Positions 26,073 to 32,000 of a stretch of DNA of 32,000 nt are shown piece after piece. The DNA comes from Candidatus Saccharimonadota bacterium (lineage in GTDB: Bacteria > Patescibacteriota > Gracilibacteria > UBA1369 > 2-02-FULL-48-14). Numbering within the stretch: position 1 is the first letter of the stretch; every line of letters starts with the position of its first letter. The DNA is taken from positions 600,001 through 632,000 of the forward strand of contig JBAZVE010000001.1 of NCBI GenBank assembly GCA_041661045.1, read 5' to 3'. Made by a program: the position numbers and the translations under genes. A model generated the notes under the pieces. The model did not search any database. It was not told the origin of the DNA and saw only the letters and a list, made by a program, of their open reading frames with translations.

Positions 26073-26687
26073 TTACTTAGAATAGTACTCAACAATGAGT
26101 TGAGTTTCAATCAGTTGATCGAGGTCTCCGTCTTCTGGGAGAGAGGCCACTTCAACTCTAAGGGCTTTCTGATCAGATTTTAGCCAGCGGGCGTGATCGA
26201 AATCTTTATCCTCTTTAACCGCGATGAAGAGAGGACTTTCTTTGAGACGGGGGCGCACTTCAATCACATCATTTTCACGAACTTGAATGGAAGGGATGCT
26301 GACGCGAGTTCCATTGAGGGTGAAGATACCGTGATTCACCATTTGACGAGCCTGGGCACGAGTTTTTGCAAATCCACCTCGGTACACCACATTGTCCATG
26401 CGTTTCTCGATTGATTTCAAAAGTTCCGTGCCTGTAGCTCCTTTGCGAGAAGCGGCTTTGAGATAGTAGTTTCGAAGTTGTTTCTCGGTGAGACCATACA
26501 TGAGACGAAGCTTCTGCTTTTCAAGAAGTTGTTTCTTGTATTCGGAAGCCTTTCCGGCTCGGGCAGCTCCGTGCATACCGGGGCCATGTGGGCGCTTCTC
26601 CAAGAGTTTAGCCATCTTCGTGGTTCCGAAGATATCTACTCCGAAGCGTCGTACTAAGCGGCCTTTGGGTCCAGTGTATCGTGACAT
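26073..26687 (-). CDS. rpsD: 30S ribosomal protein S4
   Basis: 204 aa. MSRYTGPKGRLVRRFG...EKQKLRLMYG..EKQ.RNY...RMDNVVYR.GFA.TR.QARQ.V.HG. Confidence 0.97.
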   Translation of the reverse strand: MSRYTGPKGRLVRRFGVDIFGTTKMAKLLEKRPHGPGMHGAARAGKASEYKKQLLEKQKLRLMYGLTEKQLRNYYLKAASRKGATGTELLKSIEKRMDNVVYRGGFAKTRAQARQMVNHGIFTLNGTRVSIPSIQVRENDVIEVRPRLKESPLFIAVKEDKDFDHARWLKSDQKALRVEVASLPEDGDLDQLIETQLIVEYYSK

Positions 26688-26707
26688 TTTATTCTAGTTA
26701 GATAAGA

Positions 26708-27175
26708 TTATACTCTTCGAGTGCGAGGTTGTCGGCACCCGTTGTGAGGGATAGGAGTGGTATCGATGATGCGAGTGATGGCAATTCCTTGAGCAATGAG
26801 TCCACGGAGCGCTTGTTCGCGACCATGTCCAACCCCTTTTACAAAGATGTCCGCTTTCTCGAATCCGTAAGCTTTCGCCTTCTCAGCAGCGTTCTCTGCC
26901 GCCATTTGAGCGGCGAAAGGCGTTGCCTTCTTGGATCCTTTGAATCCGCAGGTTCCGGAAGTGGACCAGGCTATAACAGCTCCATCGGGGTCTGTAATCG
27001 TGATGATGGTGTTGTTGAAGCCTGCATTCACAAACACTTTTCCGGAAGTCACTGTTTTTTTCTTGCTTCGGCGAACGGCCTTTTTCTCTTCAGCAGCGCC
27101 TTCTACAGCGGCTGTACCCTCCGCAACAGCAGCGGGGGCAAGTTCCTTTTCGGGTTTTTTAGTCTCTTCGGCCAT
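26708..27175 (-). CDS. rpsK: 30S ribosomal protein S11 with an A/E-rich N-terminal extension
   Basis: 155 aa. Core is GKVFVNAGFNNTIITITDPDG...GFKGSKKATPFAAQ...V.VKG.G.GRE.A.R. Preceded by about 26 extra residues, MAEETKKPEKELAPAAVAEGTAAVEGAAEE. Confidence 0.95.
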   Translation of the reverse strand: MAEETKKPEKELAPAAVAEGTAAVEGAAEEKKAVRRSKKKTVTSGKVFVNAGFNNTIITITDPDGAVIAWSTSGTCGFKGSKKATPFAAQMAAENAAEKAKAYGFEKADIFVKGVGHGREQALRGLIAQGIAITRIIDTTPIPHNGCRQPRTRRV

Positions 27176-27191
27176 AGGTCAAAAAAATTAA

Positions 27192-27572
27192 TTAAGTTTT
27201 ACTTTCTTTTACACGGCCACTTCCCATGGTCATACGGCGACCGCGTTTGGTTCGCGCGTTGGTCTTGGTGCGTTGTCCACGGGCAGGGAGGCGCTTCTTG
27301 TGACGGTATCCTCGATAAGAGGAAATGTCTTGAAGTCGTTTGACATCCATTTGAACCTTTCGTCGTAAATCTCCTTCAGTTCGAAGCTTGGTGAGTGCAT
27401 CACGGAGCTTGGCCAGTTCGTCTTCAGTCAGATCTTTAATCTTTGTGTCTAGAGAAATGTTCAACTCGTTCAATATTGTTTTAGACAAGTTTCGTCCAAC
27501 GCCATAGATGTAGGTGAGACCTACTTCAACGCGTTTTTCCATTGGCAGTTGTACTCCAGCGAGACGGACCAT
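27192..27572 (-). CDS. rpsM: 30S ribosomal protein S13
   Basis: 126 aa. MVRLAGVQLP..KRVEVGLTYIYGVG...YRG.RH...LP.RGQRT.TNART. Confidence 0.97.
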   Translation of the reverse strand: MVRLAGVQLPMEKRVEVGLTYIYGVGRNLSKTILNELNISLDTKIKDLTEDELAKLRDALTKLRTEGDLRRKVQMDVKRLQDISSYRGYRHKKRLPARGQRTKTNARTKRGRRMTMGSGRVKESKT

Positions 27573-27592
27573 AATATAGAGAGTAGTAAGGG

Positions 27593-27706
27593 TTAACCTT
27601 GTCTTTGCTTGTGCTTAGGGTTGTCGCAGATGATGCGAACCACTCGATTGCGACGAATCTTGCGGCATTTTTCACAGATGATTTTTACAGAGGCTCGGAC
27701 TTTCAT
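27593..27706 (-). CDS. rpmJ: 50S ribosomal protein L36
   Basis: Not in the ORF track because it is under 60 aa. Hand translation of the minus strand gives [37 protein letters not shown], a textbook L36. Its ATG overlaps the infA stop as ATGA (27703-27706). Confidence 0.93.
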   Translation of the reverse strand: MKVRASVKIICEKCRKIRRNRVVRIICDNPKHKQRQG

Positions 27707-28071
27707 TGTTTTGGAGTTGATTCAGTTGATACTTCAGGGCCTGTTTCTCCGGGGGCTTCAGGACTTGCTTCTGCAGGAACCGCTTCGGGAGCAGCCGGAG
27801 TGGCCGATGGGCCGCCGAGATGCTCGGGTAGGGGTTGCCCCTTTTTATGTCGGAAAACAATACGTCCCTTATAGAGATCGTAAGGCGTAAGCTCGACGGT
27901 GACCGCATCTCCGGGAATGATTCGAATATAGTTTATTCGCATCTTTCCTGAGAGGTGACAAAGCACTTCGTGGTCAGTCGGGTAAGCCGGGTCATCCAGT
28001 CTTACTTGGAAGGTTGCGTTGGGTAGACATTCTACCACAATCCCCTTCACTTGGATGACTTGTTTTGTCAT
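27703..28071 (-). CDS. infA: Translation initiation factor IF-1 with a 44-aa P/A/E-rich C-terminal tail
   Basis: From the ATG at 28071: [25 protein letters not shown]...[39 protein letters not shown] (S1-like IF-1 core, 78 aa). This is followed by [44 protein letters not shown]. The ORF-track start at 28215 is rejected because it would cover the promoter region and is non-conserved. Confidence 0.9.
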   Translation of the reverse strand: MTKQVIQVKGIVVECLPNATFQVRLDDPAYPTDHEVLCHLSGKMRINYIRIIPGDAVTVELTPYDLYKGRIVFRHKKGQPLPEHLGGPSATPAAPEAVPAEASPEAPGETGPEVSTESTPKQ

Positions 28072-28094
28072 TAATTTAAGGCAAAAGCAGGGGG

Positions 28095-28123
28095 ATTCTA
28101 CACGGCGAATATGACAAATGCAA
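28095..28123 (-). promoter_or_regulatory. Sigma70-type promoter candidate for infA-rpmJ-rpsM...
   Basis: On the minus strand: TTGCAT (28123-28118), 17-nt spacer, TAGAAT (28100-28095). The infA ATG is 24 nt downstream of the -10 box. Confidence 0.5.
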
Positions 28124-28176
28124 GCCAATTTTGAAAGGCTACTTAAAATCTGCATTTCTTTTGGAAGGGGACCGAG

Positions 28177-28182
28177 TATAAT
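28177..28182 (+). promoter_or_regulatory. Consensus -10 hexamer TATAAT upstream of the TM repeat-protein gene (no convincing -35)
   Basis: Perfect TATAAT ending 9 nt before the ATG at 28192. If used, the transcript would be leaderless or nearly so. Hexamers at 16-18 nt spacing (TTTCTT/ATTTCT) are poor -35 matches. Confidence 0.3.
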
Positions 28183-28191
28183 TTGCCTACT

Positions 28192-29496
28192 ATGGCTCAA
28201 TCGAAGAAGCAGCAAAAACCGGCACAGAAACTAGTAAAACTGGTGACGACGCAACGCGTTCAGGCGGTTTTGCTGCTTGTGCTGGGGCTTTTGCTCTTGA
28301 ATCAGACGGTTCAGTTTTACAAACTTAAGGATGAAATTGCGTTTGTGGAGAGGCTCCGGGCGCAGAACAGTGCAGTGCTTCAGGATCTGGACCAAAGTAA
28401 ACAATATTTGAGTAGTTTTGGAGAAGATTTGAACGGGATTCGACAGTTTTTACTCTTGCCCACAAAGCCTTATCACTTTGGAGATTTTGGGGGAGAGGAG
28501 GTGGAGCTTGCGGAAGAGGGAGAGGATTTGACCACGGAGCTCTTCACTTATATTGAAAAGCTGGGGACTTATGAGCAAAATCAGATTCGTTACAATGAGA
28601 ATTTGGCTGCTTTCCAAACCGGGTTGGGGGAGCCGTACTGGGCTGAAAAGGGCTTGAGTGTGGACAAGGCCGGACAGGCGGGCACGGAGGCCATGGTGTT
28701 TAGCTTTAAAGATTCTGCGATGGGAGGGGTGGAACTGTTTGCGGTGCATTTGGGTTACAATGGATTCTTTAAAATAGAGGCTTTGGATGAAGGGTTTAGC
28801 TTGAGTGAACGAGAAGACAGCGCGCAAGTGCTTTCTGAACTCAAGAGTTTGGTGGAGAGTGACTTGGAAGGTTTGAGGGTTCAGGTGGCAGATTTACAGG
28901 AAGCACGAGCCGAGATGGCCGCCCTGGTGGCTGCGGCTCCCGTGCAGGCAGTTTTGAATGAGCGGGGACTCAAGGTTTCCGCGGAGCTGAGCTCCTCCAA
29001 TAAAATTTATTATGAATTCAAGAGCACGGAGAGTGAGCCTTTGGCGGCCCTTTTTGTAGAAAAAGGGGACAGCGACTTGGTGTTGAATGTAAAGGCTCCT
29101 ATTGAACCTTATGAGGGGGAAATTGCTTTGACTGAGGACGCGGAGGCGGTGCTGGTGGATGTCCTGCAGAATGGAGTGGACAGCCGAAGCTCTTTGCAAA
29201 AACGGGTGGATGAACAGGAAGCTGAGATGGAATCTGTTTTTGAGGATCGGGCCTTTAAGGCCGTTTTGGGAGAATTGGAACTTCAGTTTGGGCCTAAAAC
29301 AGAGACCGAGACTCGCATTTCTTACCCTTTGATTCGGGAGGATGGACAGGTTTTACGGATTATCTTTATAGACAAGACCAGTGGGGAAGTGAAAGTGGAA
29401 ATGCCCACCGGAACAGACACTCACACGCTTTCGATGGCGATAAGCCTCATTGATCTGACGGGTAAAAAAAAACTTTCGACCCCTCCGTTATCCTGA
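28192..29496 (+). CDS. Membrane-anchored protein with coiled-coil and about three divergent ~90-aa repeats; possibly the N-terminal part of the LCP gene
   Basis: Basic N-terminus followed by one TM helix ([14 protein letters not shown]). Three segments share the pattern helix-(E/G)(K/R/L)GL.V...F.FK...hydrophobic beta stretches. Ends 8 codons after an A9 run. The ORF-track start is TTG at 28183; I prefer the ATG at 28192. Confidence 0.65.
   Translation: MAQSKKQQKPAQKLVKLVTTQRVQAVLLLVLGLLLLNQTVQFYKLKDEIAFVERLRAQNSAVLQDLDQSKQYLSSFGEDLNGIRQFLLLPTKPYHFGDFGGEEVELAEEGEDLTTELFTYIEKLGTYEQNQIRYNENLAAFQTGLGEPYWAEKGLSVDKAGQAGTEAMVFSFKDSAMGGVELFAVHLGYNGFFKIEALDEGFSLSEREDSAQVLSELKSLVESDLEGLRVQVADLQEARAEMAALVAAAPVQAVLNERGLKVSAELSSSNKIYYEFKSTESEPLAALFVEKGDSDLVLNVKAPIEPYEGEIALTEDAEAVLVDVLQNGVDSRSSLQKRVDEQEAEMESVFEDRAFKAVLGELELQFGPKTETETRISYPLIREDGQVLRIIFIDKTSGEVKVEMPTGTDTHTLSMAISLIDLTGKKKLSTPPLS
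29464..29472 (+). repeat. A9 homopolymer (GGT AAA AAA AAA) at the junction of two envelope ORFs; potential slippery site or indel hotspot
   Basis: Nine consecutive A. It contains an in-frame A_AAA_AAA heptamer. The -1 frame is open from 29466 into the LCP ORF. Confidence 0.9.
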
Positions 29497-29513
29497 GTTC
29501 TTCAGGAGAAATT

Positions 29514-30338
29514 GTGGATGAAGATGGGCATTTTAATGTGCTGATCATGGGGAAACATGGCAGCAATGTGGACACCATGATTTTTACGAATGTGGATGAG
29601 GAAACGCGTGAAATCACTTTGATCAGCATCCCCCGAGATCTCTATTTTAACGGAAGAAAAATCAACAGCGTGTATGCCGAGTATGGCATAGAAGAGCAGG
29701 TGAGTTGGGTGGAAGAAATTGTTGGGCAGCAGATAGATAACTTTATTTTGATCGACATGTATGTGTTTCGAGACATTATTGATTTGATGGGTGGAGTGGA
29801 CATTATACTGGAAGAAGACTTGATTGATCCCACTTACAAAACTTGCGATGTCGGGGTGTGTTCCACTCTGTATTATGAGGCGGGATTGCATCATTTGGAT
29901 GGCACGGCGGCGCTTCGCATTGCTCGGTCCAGGCACAGCACTTCGGATTATTCGCGCGCGGCGCGCCAGCAACTGATTTTAGAGGGGATTAAAGACAAAG
30001 CCATGAACCTGGGCATTGGGGATGCCGCGGCGCTCATGTCTATTTTAAATACTCTCATCGACTCCACGGAAACGGACATCTCGGTGGACAGTGCCTTAAG
30101 GTACTATTTCCGCTACCAAAACTTTGAACTCAATAATGGTAATGTGATCTCCACCGCCAATGTGCTCGATGCCGTGCCGGTTCCGGTGGATTACCTTACT
30201 TCGCATCCCATCCAAACCTGTTTGGATGAGAGTCGTCCGGAAACATGTACACAAACTTATGCCATCGACACTCTTATGCCCATTGATTCGAACTGGGGCC
30301 TGATTAGAGGCTTTGTTCAGCAGCTTTTGGATGAATAG
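29514..30338 (+). CDS. LytR-CpsA-Psr (LCP) family domain protein, lacking its own membrane anchor as called
   Basis: 274 aa from the GTG at 29514. FNVLIMGKHGSNVDTMIFTNVD...ITLISIPRDLY...KINSVYAEYG...DNFILIDMYVFRDIIDLMGGVDI...LDGTAALRIARSRHSTSDYSRAARQQLIL matches the LCP catalytic-domain blocks. The domain starts at about residue 7, with no signal peptide or TM segment. Confidence 0.85.
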   Translation: MDEDGHFNVLIMGKHGSNVDTMIFTNVDEETREITLISIPRDLYFNGRKINSVYAEYGIEEQVSWVEEIVGQQIDNFILIDMYVFRDIIDLMGGVDIILEEDLIDPTYKTCDVGVCSTLYYEAGLHHLDGTAALRIARSRHSTSDYSRAARQQLILEGIKDKAMNLGIGDAAALMSILNTLIDSTETDISVDSALRYYFRYQNFELNNGNVISTANVLDAVPVPVDYLTSHPIQTCLDESRPETCTQTYAIDTLMPIDSNWGLIRGFVQQLLDE

Positions 30339-30356
30339 GTGAGGGCGAGTCTACTT

Positions 30357-31220
30357 TTACAATTTTGTGCGATTCTCATATGCCGCCAGTATATCTGTGC
30401 AATCGGGGCTGTTGACGGTGATGAGATAAAAAAGATTTTCTCCTCGCAAAAGGATAGTGCTCCCACCGGATTGGATTTTTGTGTAGACCTTGGGTCGAAT
30501 ATTGTTTTTCAGAAAGGCATACCACTCTTTTGGAGCGGAGCTTTGTTGTTTTAGGTTGGGAGCAAATTCGTACCGCAAATACGCTTTTGCTTCTTGAAAG
30601 TTTAGAAGTCTCATTTCGATGATCTCATCAAAACTTACATGAATGGTGAATTTTCTATCTGGGTGGGAGAGGTCTTTGTCGGTAAAAATGAAGTTTATGC
30701 CTGTAGGATCCAGTTCGTATTTGGGCAATAAAATCTGTCCCCATTTTTTGAGTTTGTTTAGGATGGGGTCCATCATCCTGCGCAAAATGGCGATATATAC
30801 GCCATAGGTGGCGATTTGAATGTAGAACTCCCGATTTAGGCTAAAGTCCTTTTCGTACTTTAAAATGAAATAACTGATGCCCACCATGATGGTGGATAAG
30901 AATATTAAACTTAGAATGGTCCCCAAGAAATTCTTTACGAGAAGAAAATGATTGAGACCTTTCCCAAAACTTTGGAACTTGTCTTGAGCTTGTGTTTCGT
31001 TCCAGCTCTCCGTTCGGTAGACAGTCTGTTTCATCAGGGAATATCCATTCTCCATAAAGGTACAGAAAAAGAGTGGGACAATAATGGCTGTCATTGGAGT
31101 GAACTGTGAGCCGGAGGACAGGGAAAGGAGCAAACAGATGAATCCAAAGAGCATTCCTCCAGAAAATAAGATCAGTCCGCTTAACCTTGTTTTGAGCTTG
31201 GAAAGTTTGTGAGTGAACAT
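30357..31220 (-). CDS. Hypothetical integral membrane protein (about 4 TM helices plus a ~135-aa soluble C-terminal domain)
   Basis: 287 aa. Hydrophobic helices at LSGLILFSGGMLFGFICLLLSL, MTAIIVPLFFCTF, FLGTILSLIFLSTIMVGISYFIL and FYIQIATYGVYIAIL. The C-terminal domain has no motif I recognise. AT-richer than its neighbours in sampled blocks. Confidence 0.6.
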   Translation of the reverse strand: MFTHKLSKLKTRLSGLILFSGGMLFGFICLLLSLSSGSQFTPMTAIIVPLFFCTFMENGYSLMKQTVYRTESWNETQAQDKFQSFGKGLNHFLLVKNFLGTILSLIFLSTIMVGISYFILKYEKDFSLNREFYIQIATYGVYIAILRRMMDPILNKLKKWGQILLPKYELDPTGINFIFTDKDLSHPDRKFTIHVSFDEIIEMRLLNFQEAKAYLRYEFAPNLKQQSSAPKEWYAFLKNNIRPKVYTKIQSGGSTILLRGENLFYLITVNSPDCTDILAAYENRTKL

Positions 31221-31232
31221 AGGCTGTTGAGC

Positions 31233-32000
31233 TTATTGGCGTTTCTCTCCTTCCCGCAGAGTTAAGATTTCGTTGCCACGGTCGGTGATAAGGAGGGTAT
31301 GTTCGTGTTGAATGGCGAGGGAGCCATCTTCGGTGATGATGGTCCAGTCGTCGTCGAGCGTTTGAATTTCGGGACGGCCCATGGCAATGATGGGTTCGAT
31401 GGCGATGCACATACCGGGAACCAATTCTTCTCCTTCTCCGGGTTCCCCATAGTTGCAAACGAAGGGAGGCTCGTGCAGACGAGTGCCGATGCCGTGTCCG
31501 GTGAGTTCACGAATGATTGAAAATCCCGCCGCTTCCACAATGGTTTGGATGGCGTGACCGATATCGCCAACATGGTTTCCGGGTTTGGCCTGTGCCACTC
31601 CGCTCCATAAAGCGGTAATACAAGTGTCCACCAGTCGTTTGGCTTCACTGATGGTCTCGTTTCCCACAATGCAGGCCACAGCGGAATCACTGTTCATTCC
31701 ATCAATAATCACTCCGCAGTCGATGGAGAGGATGTCCCCCTTTTGCATGGGGATTTTGTTGGGAATGGTGTGGACCACTTCATCGTTCACCGAAGTACAC
31801 AGAATGTTGGGGTAGCCGTTGTACCCTTTAAAACCCGGTTGTACTTGATATCTTTTGAATAGCTCTTCGGCTTTTCTTTCCAGGTCCATGGTGCTCATTC
31901 CGACTTCTAAAACTTTTTCGAGTTCACTCAAAATCACCGCGAGAGCTTTGCCGGATTCGCGCATCGCACGGATTTGATTTGGTGTTTTTATGCTGACTTT
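31233..32000 (-). CDS. map: Methionine aminopeptidase type I (5' end runs off the window)
   Basis: Metal ligand blocks SIDCGVIIDGMNSDSA, HGIGTRLHE, IAIEP and QHEHTLL. The reading frame stays open upstream of the track's ATG (31964) to the window edge (KVSIKTPNQIRA-MRESG...), matching the usual MAP N-terminus, so the true start lies beyond 32000. Confidence 0.93.
   Translation of the reverse strand, partial: KVSIKTPNQIRAMRESGKALAVILSELEKVLEVGMSTMDLERKAEELFKRYQVQPGFKGYNGYPNILCTSVNDEVVHTIPNKIPMQKGDILSIDCGVIIDGMNSDSAVACIVGNETISEAKRLVDTCITALWSGVAQAKPGNHVGDIGHAIQTIVEAAGFSIIRELTGHGIGTRLHEPPFVCNYGEPGEGEELVPGMCIAIEPIIAMGRPEIQTLDDDWTIITEDGSLAIQHEHTLLITDRGNEILTLREGEKRQ

Noticed and set aside
27599-27890. 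Plus-strand ORFs of 91 and 93 aa opposite rpmJ and the infA tail.
   Set aside because: The minus strand encodes a textbook L36 and the in-frame IF-1 continuation. The plus-strand ORFs are shadows of the GC-rich Pro/Ala/Glu tail codons.

Overview
This is a gene-dense, housekeeping-type bacterial chromosome segment, roughly 97% coding by my gene calls. It reads with the standard genetic code: TGA is used as a stop and there are several ATGA stop/start overlaps.

Content from left to right:
1. A complete F1Fo ATP synthase operon, atpE-F-H-A-G-D-C (94-5763, +).
2. A minus-strand gene string (10991 down to 5756): carA, a DnaQ-exonuclease::DinG-like fusion, a class-2-like pyrD, and a peptidase-C15-like gene.
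3. Plus-strand pyrimidine genes pyrB-pyrC and pyrD(1B)-pyrK-pyrE-pyrF (11883-19438). These are interrupted by an orphan 236-aa gene and a 683-aa acidic secreted mosaic surface protein.
4. On the minus strand, rplM-rpsI, then trmD, a Ca-type P-type ATPase, a DUF167 gene and rsmA, chained by overlapping stop/start codons.
5. The ribosomal cluster infA-rpmJ-rpsM-rpsK-rpsD-rpoA-rplQ. rpmJ is absent from the ORF track and was found by hand translation.
6. A three-gene envelope insertion (TM repeat protein, LCP-family domain, 4-TM protein) between infA and a map gene that is truncated by the window edge.

I recognised no rRNA, tRNA, CRISPR array, transposase or integrase. I did not find a clear self-contained novel multi-gene system such as a defence island.

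The most noteworthy signals:
- An A9 tract where a -1 shift or 1-nt indel would fuse a membrane-anchored repeat protein to an otherwise anchor-less LCP domain.
- Two DHODH systems of different classes in one locus. The class-2-type scaffold carries a Cys (NISCPN) where class 2 enzymes normally have Ser.
- An exonuclease fused to a DinG-like scaffold whose Walker A and DEAH positions look degenerate.
- A subunit-c ion site resembling the two-carboxylate Na+ motif.
- Low-complexity P/A/E tails on IF-1 and S11.
- An almost complete lack of Shine-Dalgarno sequences, with short leaders.

The compact gene set, SD-less starts and S-layer/LCP-type envelope genes are compatible with an uncultivated small-genome lineage, but taxonomy cannot be established from this window alone.
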